NCBI GenBank assembly: GCA_043743165.1
Contig: JAYTXA010000012.1
Span: 66,357-130,356 of the forward strand
Length of the DNA: 64,000 bases
From: Acidobacteriota bacterium
GTDB lineage: Bacteria > Acidobacteriota > Vicinamibacteria > Vicinamibacterales > CAVVIG01
Reading direction: 5' to 3'
This document shows positions 27,330 through 35,847 of the stretch, piece after piece. Both the position numbers and the translations under genes were made by a program. The first letter of the stretch is position 1. Each line of letters opens with the position of its first letter. A model generated the notes under the pieces. That model made no database searches and had not been told where the DNA came from. It saw only the letters and a program-made list of their open reading frames with translations.

Positions 27330-28847
27330 ATGCTGCGCCCCGCCGTCCGTCTGCCGAGCACGCTGCTCACTGTCCTCGTCCTGGCGAGCATGACGGTGCC
27401 TGCAGCCGCGCAGCCGTCGGCGCAGCCCTTTCGCTGGGCGGGCGATCCGGAAGGTGGCGCGCCCTACGTCGAGGCAAATCCCGACCGTCCAGATGAACTG
27501 GTTGGCTTCGACGTGGAGATCGCCGACCTGCTCGCGACGCGGCTCGGTCGCAGCGCGCAGTTCGTCTTTGTCACCTTCGCCTCCATCGACCAGTCGGTGG
27601 CCCGCGGCGATGCCGAGATTGGCCTCAGCGGCATCGAGGACACGCCGGCGCGCCGCGCCACGATGTCGGTCACGGTGCCGTACTACGAGTTCCGCGAGGT
27701 GCTGGCCGTCCGCGACGGCGACGCGGCGCGCTTCACCAGCCTGGCGGCGCTGGCGGGCCGGCGCGTCGCCACGCTCGGCGGCACCATTGCCTACGAAATC
27801 CTGATTCAAGCCCAGACCGACCACGGCGTCATTCCGGTGTCGTACGACGACGACGTGCATCCGTACGAAGACCTGGTGAACGGCCGTGTTGACGCCGTGC
27901 TGCTCGACAACGTCCTGGCCTTCCGCCGCGCGAAGACGGTGGCCGGGTTCACCGTGCAGCCGGCCAGTGTGGCGATCGGTCACTACGTCGGCGTGTTGTC
28001 AGCGGGCAACACAGCGCTGCGGAATCGGTGCAACGCCATTCTCCAGGCGGCGATGCAGGACGGCAGCATCGAACGGATCATGCGCAGGTGGCAGGTCTGG
28101 AACGAGGACCAGCCGTCCCTGCACCGCAAGGTGCTGGCCGGCGAAACTGTCGAGGCAATCGTCGGCCTCGACACCAGCCGCGCCGTGGCCGGCGTGTCGC
28201 GCTGGGAGGCGGCGAAACGCTACCTGCCGTCGCTCTTCCGCGCCGCGCTCGTCACCATCGTGCTGTCGTGCCTCTCGATGGCGCTGGCAGTCGCGCTCGG
28301 CATGCTCATCGCGAGTGGTCGCGTCTATGGCCCGCCGCTGGTGCGGGCGCTGCTCACCGGCTACGTCGAGCTGACGCGCGGCACGCCGATCCTGCTGCAG
28401 CTTTTCGTCCTCTACTACGGCATCGCCGCCGCCATCCGCCTGCCGGCGTTCGTCGCCGCCTTCCTGGGCCTGGCCCTGAACTACGCCGCGTACGAGAGTG
28501 AGATCTATCGTTCGGCGCTCGAGGCGATTGGACGCGGCCAACTCGAGGCGGCGCGCACGCTCGGCTTCACCGAGTGGCAGATTCTCCGGCTCGTTCGCGG
28601 CCCGCAGGCGTTCCGACTGGCGCTGGCCCCGATGACCAACGACTTCGTCGCGCTGCTGAAGGATTCGTCACTGGTCTCGGTGCTGACCGTCGTCGAGCTG
28701 ACAAAGCAGACGCAGATTTTTGCTACGAACCTGGGAAGCTGGGTCGTGCCGGGTGCGCTGTGCGCGGCGCTGTACCTGGCGATGTCGTTGCCGCTCTCGT
28801 CGCTGGCGCGGAGGCTCGAGGACCGATGGAAGCAGCCGACCGCATGA
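27330..28847 (+). CDS. amino-acid ABC transporter, fused periplasmic substrate-binding domain and permease
   Basis: Signal peptide MLRPAVRLPSTLLTVLVLASMTVPAAA (alternative GTG 27276). Type-3 SBP domain followed by a His/Glu/Gln/Arg-type permease with an EAA-like loop (EAARTLGFTEWQILRLV). Confidence 0.85.
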   Translation: MLRPAVRLPSTLLTVLVLASMTVPAAAQPSAQPFRWAGDPEGGAPYVEANPDRPDELVGFDVEIADLLATRLGRSAQFVFVTFASIDQSVARGDAEIGLSGIEDTPARRATMSVTVPYYEFREVLAVRDGDAARFTSLAALAGRRVATLGGTIAYEILIQAQTDHGVIPVSYDDDVHPYEDLVNGRVDAVLLDNVLAFRRAKTVAGFTVQPASVAIGHYVGVLSAGNTALRNRCNAILQAAMQDGSIERIMRRWQVWNEDQPSLHRKVLAGETVEAIVGLDTSRAVAGVSRWEAAKRYLPSLFRAALVTIVLSCLSMALAVALGMLIASGRVYGPPLVRALLTGYVELTRGTPILLQLFVLYYGIAAAIRLPAFVAAFLGLALNYAAYESEIYRSALEAIGRGQLEAARTLGFTEWQILRLVRGPQAFRLALAPMTNDFVALLKDSSLVSVLTVVELTKQTQIFATNLGSWVVPGALCAALYLAMSLPLSSLARRLEDRWKQPTA

Positions 28848-29539
28848 TCTCGCCGTCGCCGCCCGTCGTGCGGCTGCGCGACCTGCACCTGCGCCGCGGC
28901 ACGAGAACCGTGCTCGACGGCGTGTCGCTCGAGGTGTCGCGCGGGCAGGTGGTGGCACTGATGGGCGCTTCAGGGTCGGGCAAGACGACGATTTTGCGCA
29001 CGATGGCCGGGCTCGAGCCGTTCGAAGGCGGGCAGGTCGACGTGGACGGCGTCGTGTTGGCCAACGGAGCCCCAGTTCCGGCAACCCTGCGCCTGCTGCG
29101 GACCAAGGTCGGCATGGTCTTCCAGTTCCACTGTCTGTTCGAGCACCTGACCGCGATGCAGAACGTCTGTTTGGCGCAGGTGCATGTGCACGGACGCTCC
29201 GCCGCCCAGGCGGAGGCCCGCGCGCGCGAGCTGTTGAGCCAGTTGGGCGTCGAGCACCGCGCCAGTGCCCTGCCGCGCGAACTGTCAGGCGGCGAGGCAC
29301 AGCGTGTCGCCATCGCCCGAGCGCTGGCCACTGACCCGCCGGTCCTGCTGATGGACGAGCCAACCGCGTCGCTCGACCCAGAGCGCCGCGACGAACTGGC
29401 GCTCATCGTTCGCGAGCTGGTAACGCGCGGGCGGACGATTATCGCCGCCACGCACGACGAAGATTTCGCCGAGCGCGCCGCCACGCGCGTGGTCCGGATG
29501 GTGAACGGACGTGTTGGGGAGGGGGCCGACCTGGGCTGA
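28844..29539 (+). CDS. amino-acid ABC transporter ATP-binding protein
   Basis: ATGA overlap with the permease stop. Walker A GASGSGKTT, signature LSGGEAQRV, Walker B LLMDEPT. Confidence 0.9.
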   Translation: MISPSPPVVRLRDLHLRRGTRTVLDGVSLEVSRGQVVALMGASGSGKTTILRTMAGLEPFEGGQVDVDGVVLANGAPVPATLRLLRTKVGMVFQFHCLFEHLTAMQNVCLAQVHVHGRSAAQAEARARELLSQLGVEHRASALPRELSGGEAQRVAIARALATDPPVLLMDEPTASLDPERRDELALIVRELVTRGRTIIAATHDEDFAERAATRVVRMVNGRVGEGADLG

Positions 29540-29576
29540 CCCGGCTGGGCCTTGCCCCGTTTTTGGGCCGAATTCC

Positions 29577-29604
29577 TTGATCTGCTCTGGAAGGGTTGTA
29601 TACT
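29577..29604 (+). promoter_or_regulatory. sigma70-type promoter of the RRM-protein operon
   Basis: TTGATC (29577-29582), 16-nt spacer, TATACT (29599-29604). Implies a 5' UTR of about 125 nt. Confidence 0.55.
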
Positions 29605-29736
29605 ACGCCGGTCTGGTGGCTATTCCCGCCTGCTTCGCCCGCGCCGAGAGCCGATCGAGCCTGCGTTCCTGTCTCGTTCTCTCCTGCACGTTCATGCCGA
29701 GCCGACGAGTACGCCACTTTTGTGTGAGGAGCCAGT

Positions 29737-30069
29737 ATGGGTCGCAGGCTTTACGTTGGGAATCTCCCCTACAGCGCGGGTGAACCGGAGCTCAAGGAGC
29801 TCTTCAGCCAGGCTGGGGATGTCGAATCGGTGCGTGTCATGATCGATGCCGCCACGGGCCGCGCCCGCGGCTTTGCGTTCGTCGAGATGGCCACTGACGA
29901 GCAGGCAGCGAAGGCAGCCACCGATCTCAACGGCGTCGAGATGGGCGGACGTGCCCTGACGGTCAACGAAGCGCGTCCCAAGCCCGAAGGCGGCTTCGGT
30001 GGTGGCGGCGGCTACGGTGGCAATCGTGGTGGCGACAGTGGCGGCGGACGCCGTGAGCCTCGCTGGTAA
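29737..30069 (+). CDS. RRM-type RNA-binding protein with glycine-rich tail
   Basis: 110 aa. RNP2 LYVGNL, RNP1 RGFAFVEM, C-terminal GGFGGGGGYGGNRGGDSGGGRR. GAGGAG 6 nt upstream of the ATG. Confidence 0.9.
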   Translation: MGRRLYVGNLPYSAGEPELKELFSQAGDVESVRVMIDAATGRARGFAFVEMATDEQAAKAATDLNGVEMGGRALTVNEARPKPEGGFGGGGGYGGNRGGDSGGGRREPRW

Positions 30070-30314
30070 TGGCACCAAAATCCTGGGCCAAGACCGATCG
30101 TGTCGTGCAGCCGACCTACGGCGCCGGCACCATCGTCGAGTACAACGAACATCACGTCGTCATCGAGTTCGACGAGGCGGGGAAGAAGACCTTCTCCACG
30201 CGCCTGGTCACCCTCCAGACGACGAGCGAACCTGCACCGGCGAAGGCGGCGCGCAAGCGCGCGCCGCGCAAGACCAAGAAGAAGGAAGTCGAAGTCGAAG
30301 CCGAGGACGAATAG
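30069..30314 (+). CDS. small protein with a Tudor/DUF3553-like N-terminal half and a Lys/Ala-rich basic tail
   Basis: 81 aa with TAATG overlap to the RRM gene. VVQPTYGAGTIVEYNEHHVVIEFDEAGKKTF resembles the xFGxGxV..V.F module. Tail KAARKRAPRKTKKKEVEVEAEDE. Confidence 0.55.
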   Translation: MAPKSWAKTDRVVQPTYGAGTIVEYNEHHVVIEFDEAGKKTFSTRLVTLQTTSEPAPAKAARKRAPRKTKKKEVEVEAEDE

Positions 30315-30347
30315 CCTCGGGTTCGGCAGGCACTTCGCCAGATACAC

Positions 30348-30378
30348 GGCGGACCTCAGGGTCCGCCGTTTGTCGTTT
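30348..30378 (+). terminator. intrinsic terminator after the RRM operon
   Basis: GGCGGACC / TCAG / GGTCCGCC followed by GTTTGTCGTTT. Confidence 0.6.
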
Positions 30379-33300
30379 CAGGCCCCGCCTTCCACCCGCT
30401 CCGCCCCTCGCGTCAGCGACAGCATCACCGGCACGAACACCAGCGTCACCAGCGTCGACACCGTCAACCCGCCGATTACCGCCAGCGCCAGCGGGCGCTG
30501 CATCTCCGCTCCGGGTCCGAGCCCGAGTGCGAGTGGCAGCAGACCGAACAGGGTGCACAGGGTCGTCATCAGGATGGGGCGCAGGCGCGTTCCCCCGGCG
30601 CGCAGTAACGCTTCGCGCCAGGCGACGCCGTGCCGGGACAGCAGCAGCGCATGGTCCACCAGGATGATGCCGTTCTTCACGATCAGGCCGATCAGCAGGA
30701 TCAGTCCCATGAACGACGACAGGTTGAGCGGCGTGCCCGTGAGCAGCAGCAGCCCGAATGCCCCGGCCAGCGACACCGGCGCCGCCGACACGATGATGAA
30801 GGCCGCGGTGAAGCGACGGAACTGCGCCACCAGCAGGCCGAACACCAGCAGCAGCGCCAGGGCCGCCACCGCGAGCAGCGAGCGGAACGACGCCTGCTGG
30901 CTTTCGTACTGCCCGCCGATCTGGTAGCTGTAGCCCACCGGAAGCCGCTCTGCCTCGAGCGCTGTCCTCACGTCGTTCACCACCGCTCCCAGCCCACGCC
31001 CTTCCAGCCGTCCCGAGATCGGCAGCATCTGCTTCAGGTCCTCGCGATACAACTGCGCGGTCCCTTCCACTGGCTGCACCTCGGCGAGCGCCTCGAGCGG
31101 CACGACCAGGCCGGCATCGGTCGTAAGCGGGAAGGTGCGAACCCAGGCCGGGTCGAACCGGTACTTGTCCGGATAGCGCACGCGCAGGTCGATCAGTCGA
31201 TCGCCCCGGCGGACCTCGGAGGCCACCACACCCAGCATGCCGGCCGACAGCTGCGACGTGACCCGCTCCGGTGTGAACCCTGCGCGCGCTGCACGTGTGG
31301 CGTCGATGTGCACCTGCAGTTCGGGATTGCCCAGGCGCGGACCGACCACGTCCACCAGCCCGTCGATCGAGCGCAACCGCTCGGTCATGTGCTGCGCGAT
31401 CCGCAGCAGCGTCGGCAGATCGTCGCCGAACACCTTCACTTCGATCGGCTCGGGATTGCCCTCGAGGTCGCCCAGCATGTCCTGCAGCAACTGCACGAAC
31501 TCGATCTCGACGCCCGGCACCTCGCGCGCGAACCGCGCCCGCTGGTCGCTGATGACCTCGTCCGACCGTCGAGTGCGCTCGGCTTCAGGCTTCAGCCGCA
31601 CGACGAAGTCGCCGGTGTTCTGCTCGGTGGCGAACAACCCCAGTTCCAGCCCGGTACGCCGCGTGAATCCCAGCACATCGTGGTCCTGCTGCAGGATCGC
31701 TTCCACGCGCCGCAGCATCGCGTCGGTGTCCTGCAGCGACGTGCCGGCCGGTGTCGCGTAGTCGATGACGTAACCACCTTCATCCATCTCCGGCAGGAAC
31801 CCGGTGTCGAGCCTGGCGAACAACACCGTGCCCAGCGCAGCCACCGCGACGGTGCCGGCGATCACGAGCCACGGCCGCCCCAGCGCCCCGGCCAGCCACC
31901 GTTCGTAGGTCTGCGCCATCCACCCCTCTGGCACACCACCGGTCACCGCGCGCGGCGACCGCAGGAACCTGGCCGCTGGCAGCGGGATGAAGAGCAGCGC
32001 ATAGACGAGCGACAGCAGCACCGCCGCCGACAGGGTCAGTGAGAGTGCCGAGAAGAACTGGCCGACGATGCCCGACAGCAGCGACAGGGGAATGAAGACC
32101 ACGACGGTCGTCAGCGTCGAGCCGACCACCGCGCCGACAAGTTCGTCCGTGCCACGCTGCGCCGCGATGAGCGGCGTGGCGCCGGCCGCGAGGTGACGAT
32201 GGATGTTTTCCACCACCACGATCGCGTCGTCGATCACGAGGCCGATGGCAATGGCCAGGCCACCCATAGACATCAGGTTGATCGTGCCGCCGGTGAGGGC
32301 GAGGATGCCGAACGTACCGAGGATGGTCAGTGGCAGCGCCAGTGCCGCCACGGCCGTAGCCCGCCAGTCACGGAGGAACACCAGCAGCACCAGCACCGCG
32401 AGGATGCTGCCGATGATGATGGCGTCGCGAACGCTGCGCACCGACTCGCGGACGAATGTCGCTAGATCGTAGACCCGTTCGATCCGCAGCGCCGGCGGCA
32501 GTGCGCGCGCCTGCTCGCGCAGGGTCCGCTCGACGTCGTCGGCGATCTGGATGATGTTGCCGCCGATCTGGCGCGAGACGTTCACTACGGCGGCCGGGTG
32601 TCCGCTGCCGCTGATGAGCGTGGTGCGGTCGAGTGTGCCCTCGCGCACCTCGGCGATGTCGCCGACGTAGATCGGCGTGCGCCCATGCACAGCCACCACA
32701 ACCTTCTTCACATCGTCCGGTGTGGCGAGCTCCGAGAGCGACAGCACCAGGTACTGACGATGGTCGGTGGGCAGCCGTCCGACCGATGCCACCTGGTTCC
32801 CGGCTCTCAGGGCTGTGCTCACCTGCTCCAGCGTCAGGCGTGCCGCGTTGAGCCGTTCGGGATCGACGATGACCGACACCTCGCGCTCGTCGCTGGCGGC
32901 AACGTCGACTCGGCCGACACCGGGAATGCGCGAGAGCATCGGGCGGAGATCGAAGCGTGCGATGTCGGCCAGATCGACAGCCGGCATCTGCCCCGTGAGG
33001 TTGTAGCTGAGGATGGGGAAGACCGTCGGCGTCATGCGCTCGATCACGATGTCCGTGCCTGGCGGCAGGTTCTGGCGAACTTCGTCCACCCTGCCCTGCA
33101 TCAACGGCAGCGCCTGCTGCATGTCGGCATCGGCGTCGAAGAGCACCGAGATCTCGGTCGCGCCGCGAATGGTCTTCGAGCGCACGCGCCTGGTGCCGGG
33201 CACGCCGCGCGCGGCTTCCTCCAGCGGGCGCGTTACGCTCACCGTCATCATTTGCGGCGAGAGGTCGCCCGCACGCGCGATCACCGCAATACGCGGGAAC

Positions 33301-33422
33301 TCGGCCTCGGGGTAGATCCCGCTCGGCAGCACGGTGATGGCGTAGATGCCGGCCAGCGTAGCGAACAGGACGCCGACCAGGATCACGCGTGCGTGGTGGG
33401 CGGCAAAGGCGGCGATCTTCAT
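30378..33422 (-). CDS. RND efflux transporter permease subunit
   Basis: The 1357-aa track ORF is read-through. ATG 33422 (MKIAAFAAHHARVILVGV) overlaps the MFP stop (ATGA). 1014 aa with 12-TM RND architecture. Confidence 0.9.
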   Translation of the reverse strand: MKIAAFAAHHARVILVGVLFATLAGIYAITVLPSGIYPEAEFPRIAVIARAGDLSPQMMTVSVTRPLEEAARGVPGTRRVRSKTIRGATEISVLFDADADMQQALPLMQGRVDEVRQNLPPGTDIVIERMTPTVFPILSYNLTGQMPAVDLADIARFDLRPMLSRIPGVGRVDVAASDEREVSVIVDPERLNAARLTLEQVSTALRAGNQVASVGRLPTDHRQYLVLSLSELATPDDVKKVVVAVHGRTPIYVGDIAEVREGTLDRTTLISGSGHPAAVVNVSRQIGGNIIQIADDVERTLREQARALPPALRIERVYDLATFVRESVRSVRDAIIIGSILAVLVLLVFLRDWRATAVAALALPLTILGTFGILALTGGTINLMSMGGLAIAIGLVIDDAIVVVENIHRHLAAGATPLIAAQRGTDELVGAVVGSTLTTVVVFIPLSLLSGIVGQFFSALSLTLSAAVLLSLVYALLFIPLPAARFLRSPRAVTGGVPEGWMAQTYERWLAGALGRPWLVIAGTVAVAALGTVLFARLDTGFLPEMDEGGYVIDYATPAGTSLQDTDAMLRRVEAILQQDHDVLGFTRRTGLELGLFATEQNTGDFVVRLKPEAERTRRSDEVISDQRARFAREVPGVEIEFVQLLQDMLGDLEGNPEPIEVKVFGDDLPTLLRIAQHMTERLRSIDGLVDVVGPRLGNPELQVHIDATRAARAGFTPERVTSQLSAGMLGVVASEVRRGDRLIDLRVRYPDKYRFDPAWVRTFPLTTDAGLVVPLEALAEVQPVEGTAQLYREDLKQMLPISGRLEGRGLGAVVNDVRTALEAERLPVGYSYQIGGQYESQQASFRSLLAVAALALLLVFGLLVAQFRRFTAAFIIVSAAPVSLAGAFGLLLLTGTPLNLSSFMGLILLIGLIVKNGIILVDHALLLSRHGVAWREALLRAGGTRLRPILMTTLCTLFGLLPLALGLGPGAEMQRPLALAVIGGLTVSTLVTLVFVPVMLSLTRGAERVEGGA

Positions 33423-34516
33423 TGCGGTGCCGCGAGTGTGACGGCCGGTCCAAGTCCGTGGACGCCGCTCACGAGGACCCGTTGTCCGTCGGCGACGCCG
33501 GTCAGCAGTTCGATCCGGCCATCTTGCTCGAGGCCTGTCGTGACGGCCGTACGTGTTGCCGTGGAGCCGTTCACGACGTAGACAGCGGCGCCGGCGTCGT
33601 CGCGCACGAGAGCCGCGGTCGGCACCAGCAGCGCCGCGGTGTGCTCGGCCAGGCGCAGGCGAGCCTCCGCGAACATGCCGACCTTGAGCGCGTGATCGCG
33701 GTTCTCGAGACGGATGCGCACGAGTGCCGTGTTCGTGGCGGGATCGACCGCCGGGGCGATCGCCACGACCCGTCCAGTCATCGTGCGATCGGCGTAGGCC
33801 TCGGTCGTGACGCGCACCGGTTGGTCGACGGCCACATGTGATAACTGCGCAGCCGGCACCGCCGCGGCCAGCTCGACGATGTCGAGGTTGGCCACCTGGA
33901 CGATCGGCTGTCCTGCCGTGCCGTCCACCTGCTCGCCGACGCTGACCATGCGGGCCACCACCTGTCCGGCGATCGGACTCCGCACCGTGGCTCGCTCCAG
34001 CTGCAGGCCGACGCTGTTCAGTGCGGCATCCGCCTGTTCGACGGCGGCGTGCGCCAGCGCCAGTGCCGTCGTCGCATCCTCGACTTCCTTGCCGGCGGCA
34101 ATGCCCCTGGCGAACAGCTGTTCGTTGCGCGTCTTGTTCAGCTGCGCATTCTCGAGCTGTGACAGGGCCTGCGCTTTTGCCGCCTGCGCCTGGCGCTGCT
34201 GGTCCAGGACGGCGCGGGTGTCGATGCGGGCCACGACCTGTCCCTGCCGCACGCTGTCGCCCTCGGCCACGGTGACCGCGTCGACACGGCCGGCTATCAA
34301 CGCGCTGATTCGCACGTCGTCGTTCGGGCGGGCTGTAATGGTGCCGCGGATGACCAGGTCGTCGCCGATGGTGGCGCGAGCAACCGTGCCGACGTCGGCC
34401 GCGATCGTCGGCGTCACCTCTGCGGTGTCGCCGACTGGCGCCGGGGTGCACGCTGCGACGCTGGCGGCCAGCGCCAGCGCGGCGACCAGGTGCGGGCTAC
34501 GGCAGCGGCGTTCCAA
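33419..34516 (-). CDS. efflux RND periplasmic adaptor (MFP) lipoprotein
   Basis: Best start is TTG 34516, giving MERRCRSPHLVAALALAASVAAC (signal peptide ending in a Cys lipobox). Barrel-sandwich/hairpin pattern. Start codon uncertain. Confidence 0.8.
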   Translation of the reverse strand: MERRCRSPHLVAALALAASVAACTPAPVGDTAEVTPTIAADVGTVARATIGDDLVIRGTITARPNDDVRISALIAGRVDAVTVAEGDSVRQGQVVARIDTRAVLDQQRQAQAAKAQALSQLENAQLNKTRNEQLFARGIAAGKEVEDATTALALAHAAVEQADAALNSVGLQLERATVRSPIAGQVVARMVSVGEQVDGTAGQPIVQVANLDIVELAAAVPAAQLSHVAVDQPVRVTTEAYADRTMTGRVVAIAPAVDPATNTALVRIRLENRDHALKVGMFAEARLRLAEHTAALLVPTAALVRDDAGAAVYVVNGSTATRTAVTTGLEQDGRIELLTGVADGQRVLVSGVHGLGPAVTLAAPQ

Positions 34517-35732
34517 GCAGGTCCTCCAGTTCCGCGAGCGCCAGTTGCAGGTCGAGCCCGGCCTGCACCGCGTCGCGCGACAGGTCGCGCAGGCTACGCT
34601 GCGCATCGAGCAGGCCGAGCACCGACGTGCGTCCGGCCCGGTAGCTGTCCTCCGACAAGGTTTCGAGTTCGGTGGCCACGGGAAGCAGTCGTCGCGTGAA
34701 GGTGTCCACCCTGCGGAGCGCGGCATCGACGCGGGTCGACGCGGCGAAGACGGCCGTTTCCACGCGGCGCCGGGCCACCTCGCGCTGGGCACGCAGCTGC
34801 GCGGTCGTGGCAATGGACGCCGCAATCTCGCCCCGGTTGCGGCTGAAGAGTGGAAGCCCGACGTTCACCGACGCGGCAGGCGCCGCGGTGAAGTCGCCCG
34901 GCGAGTTGAACAGGCCGGAGACGGAGAAGACCGGCACCGGCGAGCGGCCGGAACGCAGCAACGCGAGCCTGCTGGCTTCCACGTCGATCTGGCGATCGAG
35001 GCCAACCAGGTCGGTGTTGGTGGTCGAGGCGCTGGCGAGGGCGGCGTCGTAGGTGGGTGCCGACGCGTGGTCGCGCAGCGTGCCTTGCAGCGTCAGCGGC
35101 TGGCGCGGCGGGAGGCTGAGGACGCCGTTCAGCAATGCCTGCGCCGCAGCCCTGGCACTGCGCGCCGCGTCGAAGTCGGACTCGGCGCGGCTGACACCCA
35201 GGTCGGCCTGCATCACCTCGAGTCGCGGCACGGCACCGGCCTCGAAGCGCCGCTGCGCTGCGTCGCGGACCCGCGTCGCGATCGCCAGGATCGATTCGGA
35301 CAGACGGAGTTGTTCGTCGGCGGCAAGCAGACCGAAGAACTGTTCGCGCAGCTGACGTCGCACCACCCGCCGGCTGGCCTGCACGTCGAGGTCGGCGAGC
35401 GCGAGTTCGCCCTGCGCCACCTCGATGCGCCGCCGCCGTTGGCTGCCGAACTCGATCGGCACATCGAGCGTGAGCGTCTGATGCGGGGAGTCGCGCGATA
35501 TCTCCGCGCCGACAGCCGGGTTGGGTCGCTGTCCTGCCGCGCGGATAGCCGCTTCCCGGATCGCGAGTCCACGCCTGACGGCATCCACGCCGAGGTTGTG
35601 CGCGTCGGCGAAGGCGCGTGCCGCATCAAAGCTCAGTGGCGTGGGCACCTGCTGGTCAACCTGCGCGTCGCTGCGCGACGGCCAGACGATGAGCGCGACA
35701 CACACCACCGCGGTAAGCGACCGCATGAACAT
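34497..35732 (-). CDS. TolC-like outer membrane efflux protein
   Basis: Trimmed to ATG 35732 (MFMRSLTAVVCVALIVWPSRSDA signal). Two OEP repeats. Confidence 0.85.
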   Translation of the reverse strand: MFMRSLTAVVCVALIVWPSRSDAQVDQQVPTPLSFDAARAFADAHNLGVDAVRRGLAIREAAIRAAGQRPNPAVGAEISRDSPHQTLTLDVPIEFGSQRRRRIEVAQGELALADLDVQASRRVVRRQLREQFFGLLAADEQLRLSESILAIATRVRDAAQRRFEAGAVPRLEVMQADLGVSRAESDFDAARSARAAAQALLNGVLSLPPRQPLTLQGTLRDHASAPTYDAALASASTTNTDLVGLDRQIDVEASRLALLRSGRSPVPVFSVSGLFNSPGDFTAAPAASVNVGLPLFSRNRGEIAASIATTAQLRAQREVARRRVETAVFAASTRVDAALRRVDTFTRRLLPVATELETLSEDSYRAGRTSVLGLLDAQRSLRDLSRDAVQAGLDLQLALAELEDLLGTPLP

Positions 35733-35811
35733 GGCGAGTAGTGTAAGGGCGCAGCGCACGCCCGCCACTTGCGAGTTGCTTATGCGCGCCGATATCTTCG
35801 TAGTATCCGGC

Positions 35812-35840
35812 TTCAGCCGGACCGCCATCGGCCCTAGAAT
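35812..35840 (+). promoter_or_regulatory. candidate promoter giving a leaderless cytochrome mRNA
   Basis: TTCAGC (35812-35817), 17 nt, TAGAAT (35835-35840). The ATG follows 7 nt later and there is no SD. Confidence 0.35.
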
Positions 35841-35847
35841 ATCGTCC

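Noticed and set aside
29540-29576. Intrinsic terminator after the ABC ATPase gene (a TTTTT run at 29560-29564).
   Set aside because: The preceding sequence does not form a convincing GC-rich stem.
30378-34451. 1357-aa ORF suggesting a giant RND fusion protein.
   Set aside because: The N-terminal about 340 aa are an Arg-rich out-of-frame read-through of the MFP gene. The RND sequence proper begins at ATG 33422, which overlaps the MFP stop codon.
33807-35741. 644-aa plus-strand ORF across the efflux operon.
   Set aside because: Antisense to the MFP and TolC-like genes, which have clear signal peptides and family patterns. Its composition is Ala/Arg/Ser-rich junk.
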